Assembly: GCF_963921235.1 (NCBI RefSeq) | Contig: NC_086107.1 | Coordinates: forward strand, 112,966,001 to 113,030,000 | Direction of reading: 5' to 3' | DNA length: 64,000 nucleotides | Source of the DNA: Mobula hypostoma | Lineage: Eukaryota | Shown: piece after piece, positions 38,701 to 52,783 of the stretch | How the letters are laid out: each line of letters opens with the position of its first letter | Position numbering within the stretch: position 1 is the stretch's first letter | Made by a program: the position numbers and the translations under genes | Notes under the pieces: model-generated | The model's input: only the letters and a program-made list of their open reading frames with translations | The model's database searches: none | Told to the model about the DNA's origin: nothing

Positions 38701-41700
38701 TCAGAACCCCGCCCCAGCCTTCCCTCCATACCCCCAAACCCCTGTAGCCACAAGGGCCATATCTAACTCCCTCTTAAATATAGCCAATGAACTGGCCTCA
38801 ACAGTTTCCTGTGGCAGAGAATTCCACAGATTCACCACTCTCTGTGTGAAGAAGTTTTTCCTAATCTTGGTCCTAAAAGGCTTCCCCTCTATCCTCAAAC
38901 TGTGGCCCCTCGTTCTGGACTTCCCCAACATCGGGAACAATCTTCCTGCATCTAGCCTGTCCAATCCCTTTAGGATCTTATACGTTTCAATCAGATCCCC
39001 CCTCAATCTTCTAAATTCCAATGAGTACAAGCCCAATTCATCCAGTCTTTCTTCATATGAAAGTCCCGCCATCCCAGGAATCAATCTGGTGAACCTTCTT
39101 TGTACTCTCTCTATGGCAAAGATGTCTTTCCTCAGATTAGGGGACCAAAACTGCACACAATACTCCAGGTGTGGTCTCACCAAGGCCTTGTACAACTGCA
39201 GTAGTACCTCCCTGCTCCTGTACTCGAATCCTCTCGCTATAAATGCCAGCATACCATTCGCCTTTTTCACCGCCTGCTGTACCTGCATGCCCACTTTCAA
39301 TGACTGGTGTATAATGACACCCAGGTCTCGTTGTACCTCCCCTTTTCCTAATCAGCCACCATTCAGATAATAATCTGTTTTCCTATTTTTGCCACCAAAG
39401 TGGATAACTTCACATTTATCCACATTAAATTGCATCTGCCATGAATTTGCCCACTCACCCAACCTATCCAAGTCACCCTGCATCCTCTTAGCATCCTCCT
39501 CACTGCTAACACTGCCACCCAGCTTCGTGTCATCCGCAAACTTGGAGATGCTGCATTTAATTCCCTTATCCAAGTCATTAATATATATTGTAAACAACTG
39601 GGGTCCCAGCACTGAGCCTTGCAATACCCCACTAGTCACCGCCTGCCATTCTGAAAAGGTCCCGTTTATTCGCACTCTTTGCTTCCTGTCTACTAACCAA
39701 TTCTCCACCCACACCAATACCTTACCCCCAATACCGTGTGCTTTAAGTTTGCACACTAATCTCCTGTGTGGGACCTTGTCAAAAGCCTTTTGAAAATCCA
39801 AATATACCACATCCACTGGTTCTCCCCTATCCACTCTACTAGTTACATCCTCAAAAAGTTCTATGAGATTCGTCAGACATGATTTTCCTTTCACAAATCC
39901 ATGCTGACTTTGTCCGATCATTTCACCGCTTTCCAAATGTGCTGTTATCACATCCTTGATAACTGACTCCAGCAGTTTCCCCACCACCGACGTTAGGCTA
40001 ACCGGTCTATAATTCCCCAGTTTCTCTCTCCCTCCTTATTAAAAAGTGGGGTTACATTAGCCACCCTCCAATCCTCAGGAACTAGTCCAGAATCTAACGA
40101 GTTTTGAAAAATTATCACTAATGCATCCACTATTTCTTGGGCTACTTCCTTAAGCACTCTGGGATGCAGACCATCTGGCCCTGGGGATTTATCTGCCTTC
40201 AATCCCTTCAATTTACCTAACACCACTTCCCTACTAACATGTATTTCGCTCAGTTCCTCCATCTCACTGGACCCTCTGTCCCTTACTATTTCTGGAAGAT
40301 TATTTATGTCCTCCTTAGTGAAGACAGAACCAAAGTAACTATTCAATTGGTCTGCCATGTCCTTGCTCCCCATAATCAATTCACCTGTTTCTGTCTGCAG
40401 GGGACCTACATTTGTCTTTACCAGTCTTTTCCTTTTTACATATCTATAAAAGCTTTTACAGTCCGTTTTTATGTTCCCTGCCAGTTTTCTCTCATAATCT
40501 TTTTTCCCCTTCCTAATTAAGCCCTTTGTCCTCCTCTGCTGAACTCTGAATTTCTCCCAGTCCTCAGGTGAGCCACTTTCTCTGGCTAATTTGTATGCTT
40601 CTTCTTTGGAATTGATACTATCCCTAATTTCTCTTGTCAGCCACGGGTGCACTACCTTCCTTGATTTATTCTTTTGCCAAACTGGGATGAACAATTGTTG
40701 TAGTTCATCCATGCAACCTTTAAATGCTTGCCATTGCATATCCACCGTCAATCCTTTAAGTGTCATTTGCCAGTCTATCTTAGCTAATTCACGTCTCATA
40801 CCTTCAAAGTTACCCCTCTTTAAGTTCAGAACCTTTGTTTCTGAATTAACTATGTCACTCTCCATCTTAATGAAGAATTCCACCATATTATGGTCACTCT
40901 TACCCAAGGGGCCTCTCACGACAAGATTGCTAATTAACCCTTCCTCATTGCTAAAAAACCCAGTCCAGAATAGCCTGCTCTCTAGTTGGTTTCTCGACAT
41001 GTTGGTTCAAAAAACCATCCCGCATACATTCCAAGAAATCCTCTTCCTCAGCACCTTTACCAATTTGGTTCACCCAATCTACATGTAGATTGAAGTCACC
41101 CATTATAACTGCTGTTCCTTTATTGCACACATTTCTAATTTCCTGTTTAATACCATCTCCGACCTCACTACTACTGTTAGGTGGCCTGTACACAACTCCC
41201 ACCAGCGTCTTCTGCCCCTTAGTGTTACGCAGCTCTACCCATATCGATTCCACATCTTCCCGGCTTATGTCGTTCCTTTCTATTGCGTTAATCTCTTCTT
41301 TAACCAGCAACGCCACCCCACCTCCCCTTCCTTCATGTCTATCCCTCCTGAATATTGAATATCCCTGAACGTTGAGCTCCCATCCCTGGTCACCCTGGAG
41401 CCATGTCTCTGTGATCCCAACTATATCATAATCATTAATAACAATCTGCACTTTCAATTCATCCACCTTATTACGAATGCTCCTTGCATTGACACATAAA
41501 GCCTTCAGGCGCTCTTTTACAACTCTCTTAGCCCTTATACAATTATGTTGAAAAGTGGCCCTTTTTAATGCTTGCCCTGGATTTGTCGGCCTGCCACTTT
41601 TACTTTTCTCCTTTGTACTTTTTGCTTCTACCCTCACTTTATGCCCCTCTGTCTCTCTGCACTGGTTCCCATCCCTCTGTTGTGAACTAACCTCCTCACA

Positions 41701-41733
41701 CCTAGCCTCTTTAATTTGATTCCCACCCCCCAA
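38701..41733 (-). pseudogene. CR1 ORF2 (APE endonuclease + RT), disrupted by 2 frameshifts and 1 stop
   Basis: NARSIRNK, GITETW, MGDFN, SDHN, YLDFQKAFDKV and FADD motifs. Frameshifts near 40955 and 40037 relative to copy 2; TGA at 39354-39352. Confidence 0.92.
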
Positions 41734-41738
41734 CCATT

Positions 41739-42698
41739 CTAGTTTGAAGTCACCTCAGTAGCCCCCGCTAATCTCCCTGCCAGGATATTGGTCCCCCTAG
41801 GATTCAAGTGTAACCCGTCCTTTTTGTACAGGTCACGCCTGCGCCAAAAGAGGTCCCAATGATCCAAAAACTTGAATCTCTGCCCCCTGCTCCAATCCCT
41901 CAGCCACGCATTTATCCTCCACCTCATCGCATTCCTACTCTCACTGTCGCGTGGCACAGGCAGTAATCCCGAGATTACTACCTTTGCGGTCCTTTTTCTC
42001 AACTCCCTTCCTAGCTCCCTATATTCTCCTTTCAGGACCTCATCCCTTTTCCTACCTATGTCATTGGTACCTATATGTACCACGACCTCTGGCTCTTCAC
42101 CCTCCCACTTCAGGATATCTTGGACACGATCAGAAATATCCCGGACCCTGGCACCAGGGAGGCAAACTACCATCCGGGTCTCTGGACTGCGTCCACAGAA
42201 TCGCCTATCTGACCCCCTTACTATCGAGTCCCCTATTACAACTGCCCTCCTCTTCCTTTCCCTACCCTTCTGAGCTACAGGGCCAGACTCTGTGTCGGAG
42301 GCACGGCCACTGTCACTTCCCCCGGGTAAGCTGTCCCCCCTAACAGTACTCAAACAGGAGTACCTATTGTTAAGGGGCACAGCCACCGGGGTACTCCCTA
42401 TTACCTGACTTTTCCCCTTCCCCCTCCTAACCGTGACCCACTTGTCTGCCTCCCGTGGCCCCGGCGTGACCACCTGCCTTCCACTCCTATCTATCACCTC
42501 CTCACTCTCCCTGACCAGACGAAGGTCATCGAGCTGCAGCTCCAGTTCCGTAACGCGGTCCCTTAGGAGCTGCATCTCGATGCACTTGGCGCAGATGTAG
42601 ACGTCCGGGAGACTTGGAGACTCCAGGGCCTCCCACATCCGACACCGAGAACAGCAAACTGCCCTCACACTCATACTGCTCCTCTCCTCAAATAACAA
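41739..42698 (-). CDS. CR1 ORF1: Zn-finger/leucine zipper plus SGNH esterase domain (open)
   Basis: CSRC..CAKC, LELQLDDL, GDSIVR, HIGTND and DGLHLN motifs; 319 aa uninterrupted. Confidence 0.9.
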   Translation of the reverse strand: MLFEERSSMSVRAVCCSRCRMWEALESPSLPDVYICAKCIEMQLLRDRVTELELQLDDLRLVRESEEVIDRSGRQVVTPGPREADKWVTVRRGKGKSQVIGSTPVAVPLNNRYSCLSTVRGDSLPGGSDSGRASDTESGPVAQKGRERKRRAVVIGDSIVRGSDRRFCGRSPETRMVVCLPGARVRDISDRVQDILKWEGEEPEVVVHIGTNDIGRKRDEVLKGEYRELGRELRKRTAKVVISGLLPVPRDSESRNAMRWRINAWLRDWSRGQRFKFLDHWDLFWRRRDLYKKDGLHLNPRGTNILAGRLAGATEVTSN

Positions 42699-43115
42699 CA
42701 GAAAATGAACGTCAAACCTTCCTCACCTCGCCCACTTTCGCCTAAGCCCGATGAGCCGAAGCCCTTAGGTCTTCACTCTGCTCCCGGCTCACTCCGCCGC
42801 CCGCAAACTACGCTGCCCGCTCTATGAGGCTCTGTTCCTTTTAAATCTGCTGCGCTGCACAGCCCGACGTCACACGCCTGCGCAGTCCCGCCTCTCAGAA
42901 AGCCATTGGAGAAAAAAAAAATGAAAATTTCAAAAATGTCTTTCTCAGCACTCCCACTCAGACTCTCAGACTCCTTCTTCGAATCATGGATGACTTATTT
43001 TCCCCCTCAGTCCCATGCTCCTGCTTTCTCCCATAAACTTTGTCAGCCTAATCAATCAAGAACCTATCAACCTCTGCTTTAAATACACCCAATGACTTTG
43101 CCTCCACAGCCATTT

Positions 43116-46100
43116 ATAGAAACATAGAAAATAGGTGCAGGAGTAGGCCATTCAGCCCTTCGAGCCTGCACCACCATTTATTATGATCATGGCTGATCAT
43201 CCAACTCAGAACCCCGCCCCAGCCTTCCCCCCATACCCCCTGACCCCCATAGCCACAAGGGCCCTATCTAACTCCCTCTTAAATATAGACAATGAACTGG
43301 CCTCAACTGTTTCCTGTGGCAGAGAATTCCACAGATTCACCACTCTCTGTGTGAAGAAGTTTTTCCTAATCTCGGTCCTAAAAGGCTTCCCCTCTATCCT
43401 CAAACTGTGGCCCCTTGTTCTGGACTTCCCCAACATCGGGAACAATCTTCCTGCATCTAGCCTGTCCAATCCCTTTAGGATCTTATATGTTTCAATCAGA
43501 TCCCCCCTCAATCTTCTAAATTCCAACGAGTACAAGCCCAGTTCATCCAGTCTTTCTTCATATGAAAGTCCTGCCATCCCAGGAATCAATCTGGTGAACC
43601 TTCTTTGTACTCCCTCTATGGCAAGGATGTCTTTCCTCAGATTAGGGGACCAAAACTGCACACAATATTCCAGGTGTGGTCTCACCAAGGCCTTGTACAA
43701 CTGCAGTAGTACCTCCCTGCTCCTGTACTCGAATCCTCTCGCTATAAATGCCAGCATACCATTCGCCTTTTTCACCGCCTGCTGTACCTGCATGCCCACT
43801 TTCAATGACTGGTGTATAATGACACCCAGGTCTCGTTGCACCTCCCCTTTTCCTAATCAGCCACCATTCAGATAATAATCTGTTTTCCTATTTTTGCCAC
43901 CAAAGTGGATAACTTCACATTTATCCACATTAAATTGCATCTGCCATGAATTTGCCCACTCACCCAACCTATCCAAGTCACCCTGCATCCTCTTAGCATC
44001 CTCCTCACAGCTAACACTGCCACCCAGCTTCCTGTCATCCGCAAACTTGGAGATGCTGCATTTAATTCTCTCATCCAAGTCATTAATATATATTGTAAAC
44101 AACTGGGGTCCCAGCACTGAGCCTTGTGGTACCCCACTAGTCACCGCCTGCCATTCTGAAAAGGTCCCGTTTATTCCCACTCTTTGCTTCCTGTCTGCTA
44201 ACCAATTCTCCACCCACACCAATACCTTACCCCCAATACCGTGTGCTTTAAGTTTGCACACTAATCTCCTGTGTGGGACCTTGTCAAAAGCCTTTTGAAA
44301 ATCCAAATATATCACATCCACTGGTTCTCCCCTATCCACTCTACTAGTTACATCCTCAAAAAGTTCTATGAGATTCATCAGACATGATTTTCCTTTCACA
44401 AATCTATGCTGACTTTGTCCGATCATTTCACCGCTTTCCAAATGTGCTGTTATCACATCTTTGACAACTGATTCCAGCAGTTTCCCCACCACCGACGTTA
44501 GGCTAACCGGTCTATAATTCCCCAGTTTCTCTCTCCCTCCTTTTTTAAAAAGTGGAGTTACATTAGCCACCCTCCAATCCTCAGGAACTAGTCCAGAATC
44601 TAACGAGTTTTGAAAAATTATCACTAATGCATCCACTATTTCTTGGGCTACTTCCTTAAGCACTCTGGGATGCAGACCATCTGGCCCTGGGGATTTATCT
44701 GCCTTCAATCCCTTCAATTTACCTAACACCACTTCCCTACTAACATGTATTTCGCTCAGTTCCTCCATCTCACTGGACCCTCTGTCCCCTACTATTTCTG
44801 GAAGATTATTTATGTCCTCCTTAGTGAAGACAGAACCAAAGTAATTATTCAGTGGGTCTGCCATGTCCTTGCTCCCCATAATCAATTCACCTGTTTCTGT
44901 CTGTAGGGGACCTACATTTGTCTTTACCAGTCTTTTCCTTTTTACATATCTATAAAAGCTTTTACAGTCCGTTTTTATGTTCCCTGCCAGTTTTCTCTCA
45001 TAATCTTTTTTCCCCTTCCTAATTAAGCCCTTTGTCCTCCTCTGCTGAACTCTGAATTTCTCCCAGTCCTCAGGTGAGCCACTTTCTCTGGCTAATTTGT
45101 ATGCTTCTTCTTTGGAATTGATACTATCCCTAATTTCCCTTGTCAGCCACAGGTGCACTACCTTCCTTGATTTATTCTTTTGCCAAACTGGGATGAACAA
45201 TTGTTGTAGTTCATCCATGCAACCTTTAAATGCTTGCCATTGCATATCCACCGTCAATCCTTTAAGTGTCATTTGCCAGTCTATCTTAGCTAATTCACGT
45301 CTCATACCTTCAAAGTTACCCCTCTTTAAGTTCAGAACCTTTGTTTCTGAATTAACTATGTCACTCTCCATCTTAATGAAGAATTCCACCATATTATGGT
45401 CACTCTTACCCAAGGGGCCTCTCACGACAAGATTGCTAATTAACCCTTCCTCATTGCTCAAAACCCAGTCCAGAATAGCCTGCTCTCTAGTTGGTTCCTC
45501 GACATGTTGGTTCAAAAAACCATCCTGCATACACTCCAAGAAATCCTCTTCCTCAGCACCTTTACCAATTTGGTTCACCCAATCTACATGTAGATTGAAG
45601 TCACCCATTATAACTGCTGTTCCTTTATTGCACACATTTCTAATTTCCTGTTTAATACCATCTTCAACCTCACTACTACTGTTAGGTGGCCTGTACACAA
45701 CTCCCACCAGCGTCTTCTGCCCCTTAGTGTTACGCAGCTCTACCCATATCGATTCCACATCTTCCCGGCTTATGTCCTTCCTTTCTATTGCGTTAATCTC
45801 TTCTTTAACCAGCAACGCCACCCCACCTCCCCTTCCTTCATGTCTATCCCTCCTGAATATTGAGTATCCCTGAACGTTGAGCTCCCATCCCTGGTCACCC
45901 TGGAGCCATGTCTCTGTGATCCCAACTATATCATAACCATTAATAACAATCTGCACTTTCAATTCATCCACCTTATTACGAATGCTCCTTGCATTGACAC
46001 ACAAAGCCTTCAGGTGCTCTTTTACAACTCTCTTAGCACTTATACAATTATGTTGAAAAGTGGCCCTTTTTAATGCTTGCCCTGGATTTGTCAGCCTGCC

Positions 46101-46313
46101 ACTTTTACTTTTTTCCTTAGTACTTTTTGCTTCTACCCTCACTTTACACCCCTGTCTCTCTGCACTGGTTCCCATCCCCCTGTTGTGAACTAACCTCCTC
46201 ACGCCTAGCCTCTTTAATTTGATTCCCACCCCACAACCATTCTACTTTAAAGTCACCTCAGTAGCCCCCGCTAATCTCCCTGCCAGGATATTGGTCCCCC
46301 TAGGATTCAAGTG
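43116..46313 (-). mobile_element. 5'-truncated young CR1 LINE (copy 2) with ORF2 broken by a single in-frame TGA
   Basis: The 790-aa ORF 46229-43857 continues in frame after TGA into the 43841-43206 ORF; same tail as copy 1; truncated inside the ORF1 3' end. Confidence 0.95.
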
Positions 46314-48239
46314 GTAGTGAATTCCCGATTCACCCACCCCTGGCTAAAGAAATTCCTCCTCGGTTGTTAGAAAATAGGACATCCCTCTATTCTGAGACAG
46401 CATCCTCTGGACCTAGACTCACCCAGTATAGGAAACAATCTCCACGACCAGCCTGGAGTTAGGCTTTTACTCGATAGATTTCAATAAGCTACCCAGTCAT
46501 TCTTATAAACTTTTGAGTTAATATACACTAGATCTTATATATGCTGAAAACTGATTTTGATCTGATTAAACTTTGATTTTCTGAAACTCCAGCAGTGATT
46601 TCACTGAGCAACTTATGTACTCTAGTTTATTCATGGCTGAATTCTGATTCTTTGTTAAACACCTCTGCCAATTTACCAGCAGTTTCTTAGGATGAATTTG
46701 ATCCCTATTTGCATGCCTTAATCAATAGTTTGAAACAAAGTTAAAATTTGCACTTCACCCAACAGACTGATATGATAAAGGAAATGACAGGATGCAGAGG
46801 CTTTGCTGGCTCCCAATAATTGTGCCAGTTGTAAATCCTTAGTGATTCAGTGTCTAGTCAAGGATTTCAACCAAGACTTTGCAGATAGAGCACTGCTGAA
46901 CTCTTAAGACAAAATTATTTTTAATCAGTGGCTAGTAGTTAAAAATTGTGCTTTTTGCTTATTTTTTAAAAAAAATATTGCATCAAGTCTGGATTAACAA
47001 GCATTTTGGTTTACACCGGTGCAATACCAAACAACTTTACCAGCTCCACACCGGACCTCATGCTCGCTCCTTGCACGTTTTTCATCCGTGCTGAGTTGAG
47101 CATCAAGCCAGCAACTCCACCTTATCAAAAGACAAAATGCTAAAGGAATGGCAAGGTTGCCACCTGATGCACAAGGCACAGAGGAGCAACTGCTAAATAA
47201 CAACCTTGAAAAAGCCCAGCTCCATTAGAAAAGACAATCTAGACCAGCCAGTACTCCAGACTTTTGTTCCTAAAGTGGAGGAGTTGAATGTTCCTTGCCA
47301 GTTGATATTACAACATTGGAACGTGAACCCCAATTCTACTCATGGTTCTGGACTTCATAATTCATGAGCTCTAAAGGCTGTGAACTGCAGCACAGATACC
47401 ACGTCTTGTAGGAAATTTCAATTCTATTGCTGCAGTGTACCAGCCAGAACCAATGTACACAGAGCTGTTGTTAATCCATTCTTTGCCCTAAAGTTGAAGC
47501 ACCAGCAGACTGGCACAAAGTGGACAAGAAATGTCTTTTTAAGTTGCTATTCATGTAGTTCAGTGCAAATGGAACACACTCATTGAGGTTGAAGGCACCG
47601 GACACCCAGAAGTTACAAGGGGCAAACTCCACATAGACAGCACTGAAACCCAGGTGTCTGCAGCTGTGAAAAAGCAATTCCACCAGCTGTGCCAGTGTTT
47701 TCTGACTGGTCAATTCCCCAACTTGCTTGCCAGTGAAATATAGTTGTAAATATGTGATCATTCAATTCGAGTAAGATGTTATCTGTCCGTGGGTCTTCCT
47801 CAGATGTTTGGGGCGGGGGGGGGGGGGTCCCAGATAGTGGTGAATCTGTGGAATCCATTGCCACAGATAGCTGTGCAGGCCAAGTGATGGCATATATTTG
47901 ACGTGGAGGTTGATAAAATAGTTCAGCCATGATCAAATGGCAGAGCCAACTTAATGGACCAAAAAACTCAAACCTGGCCCTATGTCCACGGTCTAACTGT
48001 CTGCACTTCAGAAACTGTGTGGGAGAGAATCAGCTGGAACAGAAGAGCAGCAGCCAGCCTCAGCTGCCAACTACTGTAGCTCTGTGCAAGTGCCGCTCCC
48101 CCCCCCCAAAACACTTACCAACTGGGAAAATCTATTCTACTAATCTCCCAAATACTTGTTGGGTGTCTTTTAGACAAGTGTTCATAATCTAGGGAGAATC
48201 TGCATTACTTGTTCTCTAGCAAAAAAAACTTTCAATAAG

Positions 48240-51200
48240 AGGGTTAAAGTCAATTTTTTTTATTCTCAATGAATGTCACCATATATAAAAAAAACATAAT
48301 TTACTACACAGCCACAAAGTTTGGTCTGTTGGTACTTTGGGGGTTCAAAAGACCAACATGACAGTCCCAATGCACTAATACTTAAAAAGATTTTAGGTAC
48401 AAGTCATGACTGCAACAAAGCCTTGGAAATGCAACTGCCTCATAAAGCTCAGGGAGCAGGGGAAATAAAAGTTCCTTCTCCCTGTTTAAACAAAGAAAGG
48501 AATCCTAACCCAATCCTGAGGACTGACACAAACATCTGATACTACATAAACCCCCCCCACCCCCCCCCTTTCGCTGTCCTGTCTGATCCTGGTTTCAAAA
48601 GGAACCATAGGCAATTCATAAAGCCGTCACAGCAGCCCACTAAACAACCCCAGTCTTGGCTCAGTTAACACTGGACATGCACAATTGCACTCCAGTAAGT
48701 AAAATGCTGCCAGCTTCTCTCTGCAGATCAACTCACTGAAATATGCCTCGGTTGGCAGAGTATCTGAACATCAGTCCTGGCAGCCAATTCCAAGCTTTGT
48801 TGCAGCCTTTGGATATCTCCCATTGTCCATATCCATTAGCACTATACCCACACATCAAGAAAACCTGTATAGCAAGGCAAAGGGTCTGGTTTCTAGTTTC
48901 ATTTGCAGACCTGTTCAGCAAGCCTAACAAGTCAGGCTTGCACTGAAAAATGTTGTCACTTAGCTTCAACTAACACCAGCAAACCCCCCCTCCCCCCATC
49001 GCCTACCCTACCCCACCCCCACTGAACACCTTATTGCCTCCCCCATCCCCAGACCAATAGGTTGCAAACATGTATGCGCCAGTGACGCTGTGCCCTAGAA
49101 TAGCCTTGCCTAAATATAAAGTGACAGGATAACTTTGGAACTGGCACTGGTCTAACTGGGTAGTTGCACAATGACACAGTCCAGAGCCGTGCCATCTCTA
49201 TGGAACTCAAAATAAGCAGCACGTTGCAGACGGTGAGCAGAAGAGTTAAAATGAGCGTAAGCCGCTTGAAGTTGTGATAAGTAGAAAGTGGTAAGTCAAC
49301 CGGGGCTCTAGCTTGGAGTGGCCTTTGCTGGACAGTGAACGCCGGGAGCAAAACTGGGCAGTCACCACAAGCAGGGGAGCTTGTCAACACTGGTCACACT
49401 CAAAGCAGCCGCTGGCAAGATTAAGAAAGCACGACTAGTGTGCATGCAATGAATGGGGGCTGGGTGGTGAGTCACCAATCATAAATGACATCCACCTTTA
49501 AGGCTGGCTCTTGAAACAGTCCAGGCCAATTGGCGAAAGGACAAAAAGAAATTAGTGTTTTAAGCCCAAAACTAGTCTCGGGTGCCAAAAGTAACTAAAA
49601 CCCCATTTCTCCAGATGATTCACTAAGGAAATAGGATTATGCCGAAATAACTGTTCCAGTTATAAAGAAAGAATTAAACAAACAGCACAGATTATGACTC
49701 CTAGTGTGTGCTAGAATCAGATCACTTTGCAATGTTTTCTTATCTTGTTACAATTACTAGCTGCCAAATGTGAGTACACTTGTCGGGGGGAAATAATGAG
49801 GTGACTTTTCTCAGGGTGGGGGGTGTTAGGAGAAAAAAAAGGGATGCATAACCATTTCCATGTTTTTTTAAAACAACTCTTCTGAAAGGTGGAAATTTTA
49901 TGAGGCATCACAGACCCACTCCCAGGAAATGTTTGAACAGAGCCTCCTTGCTTAAAGGAGCTTCAAAATTTTCTCCCCCCACCCCACGTTTCACAACAGA
50001 TAACTAATCAGCTATGCAACAAACTCCAATCAACCAAATATTTTAATTTGCCAAGGGAATTATGATTATGGAATCTCTGACTTGGCTGTGCCATGCTTCA
50101 CAGTAATGACCCTTGCAGTATCAGGGGCAAAGCACATTGCCACAAACCTTTGCCCAAGAAATTCAGACCTGGAGGCTCCACGAACAAGAGCCCCATGCAG
50201 GGAATAAATGAGTAATGATATGGTATGTATTAGACTCAAGTCACTGAGTTACTACTAAAGTCACGAGGCAATTCCTTGAGGAAGGTAATGCTAAACATGT
50301 TTTAAAAAAGGCAGGGTAATTTCAAAATACTGATGATTTAATGATTGGATAAGTCACTGGGGGGAAATTATTCAATTTCTTGAAGATGTGGTTATGCTGA
50401 ACAACTTTAAAGAGGACAGACAACTTATCAGAGTGAACAAGGTATCAGCAGCTTCTCGTATGTAATCTCAGGGCATTATGACCCCATTAACAATCCAATG
50501 TCTTGTAGCAAGTCATATTTTAACCCGAGATGTTATCAATAACACAAACTAGAGGGGGGTGGGGGAAGGCAAAACAGAATTGGCAGGTAGGCCTCTGGGT
50601 TCTCCACACTGGAAACCAGCTCAGAAAATGACTAATAACCACCAAATTCCTTACTTCAAATGCATTTGCTCAGCTAAGGTTTGAGATCTCAGTTTTACCC
50701 TGCCTTCTCTGCAAGATGGTTTCTGCAGTAACAGCCTTCTTCATAAATACTGCATGTTGAGATGCTCTCCACTATACAACAGTTCTCCAAACAGTTAACA
50801 AGGTCCCAAAGATATCTACGCAGAACTAAGATCCACTTGTAAAGATGTGCCAGAATCGCTTTGTCGATGAATGAATGACTTGTCAAATTAAAGAATTCGC
50901 AGAAAACTGAAGTACCATTCTTTTAAAACAAATCACAGCTCTTTTCATGGCATAACCTAGATCTTAACCCCTCCTCCCCCACAAAGATAGATTAGTATCA
51001 TACATTTGCATTAAAATGTTTCTGTCTGAAAAGCAATCAAAAACAATAAAGCAGCCTAAGAATGGTTTCAGAGTAACTCAAATGGCAACTATAATTCTAG
51101 ATGTCCTCTTTCTCCCATCACTCCCATCAGTTGCCATGCCGATGAAGGCCAACCAATTTGGAGAACAGTCAGTCACACAACCAAATAGCAGTTTCCTTTG

Positions 51201-51310
51201 AAAAACAAAATTATCTACATATCGGATACTACAGTAGTTGCAATTGAGCCTGCAAATGGTGCGATGTGGACGGTGCGTATGGCTGGAGGGGTGGGCGGGT
51301 AGAGGTGGAT
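48240..51310 (-). other. Probable long 3' UTR of the PRMT gene, with AATAAA at 48264-48259
   Basis: No recognisable repeats from the stop codon down to a minus-strand AATAAA followed by a U-rich tract. Confidence 0.55.
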
Positions 51311-51421
<111 letters not shown>

Positions 51422-52531
51422 TTAATATTTTCTCCACTTTATTGAAATATTCAAGCTTAACTGAGCAGAGATGCAGCTTCTTCCCACCACTGTGAGAGTT
51501 GCAGTAAGGCAAAGATAGCTTGGGGCAGTTGTAGTCAAGTGGAATCTTTTAAGTGAGTCTGCCGGAGACATCACAGTTTACCACAAACCAGATGGACTGT
51601 AGCAGTGGGCACTCAAGTCAAACAAGGCATGCCTCTGTAGTGAAACTTTTTGAGACAGGCCTTCCTAAGACATTGCATCCCTTTACAAAAGTGGCTCTCT
51701 TCCTGGGGTTTAAGGACCCCTTGGTTAATAGTCCAGGTCCAGGGCAACAAAAAAAAGGTTGGGAACCATGCTTTACACAGTAGGGGGTGCCGGAGACAGA
51801 TGAGATTACAGAAGAATGTGAAACATACCCAGCAACTAAAGCTCTATTTGTTCTTACTAACTTCAAAATATCAGGTATCTGCTTGAAGTTTTGATTGACT
51901 TTAACAACTCTATCATGAATGGTGATTGATCTTGCAAGGAATTCAAATATACAATTTACAGTAATCGGGACCCCTAACTGATAAAGGTAACAGCTTTCTG
52001 TTCAAGCTTCAGAACAGCGGGTGACAGAGGGCTACGATGTTCTCCTCGTTCTCAATTTAAATAAAGGGAATGCTCGAGTTGTACCAGTGCACATGTTCTG
52101 GGCCCAGTCATTTTCATTATTTTCTTAATCGATGACAGTTACTTCAACACACCGAAATGGTGAAAGTACCAACAACCAGTCTCAGTACTACAAGGGATCA
52201 ACAATTTAGGAATAAGAAAGATCAGTGGATTGCAAAACTTAGGAATTCTCCCCACTAGAGAATTGAAGATATTGAGACACTGAATACATGGAAGACTGAG
52301 ATCTGATTTCTGGACACAAGAAGGAATCAAATTAAGGCAAGTGGGGAAAATTGACAAGAGGATCAGACTCCTCCTGTGTCTATAAATTAAAGCTGCCCAG
52401 TGCTCACCAGAAACATGTTCACCACTAGTTACCAATGCTACTGCTCACATGGATTAATAGCAGAGGATCCAAGCCAACAGCATTCCATCTTTCAGATCCT
52501 ATCCCCAGAACAAAGGCTCATTCAGGAACTA

Positions 52532-52783
<252 letters not shown>

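Larger units (their letters stand above)
38611..42982 (-). mobile_element. Near full-length young CR1 LINE (copy 1)
   Basis: CpG-rich 5' UTR (~42700-42982), ORF1, APE+RT ORF2 in four pieces, and a 3' tail (TTTCTATG)n seen as atagaaacatagaaa at 38611. Confidence 0.95.

Noticed and set aside
38678..45873. Long + strand ORFs (230, 165, 258 aa and others) overlapping the CR1 copies
   Set aside because: They are antisense shadows of CR1 ORF1/ORF2 with no independent protein motifs.
47040..47121. Exon-like segment on - (ttttgatAAG ... CTG|GTAAAG) downstream of the PRMT gene
   Set aside because: No recognisable protein in any frame and no partner exon; cannot be supported without transcripts.
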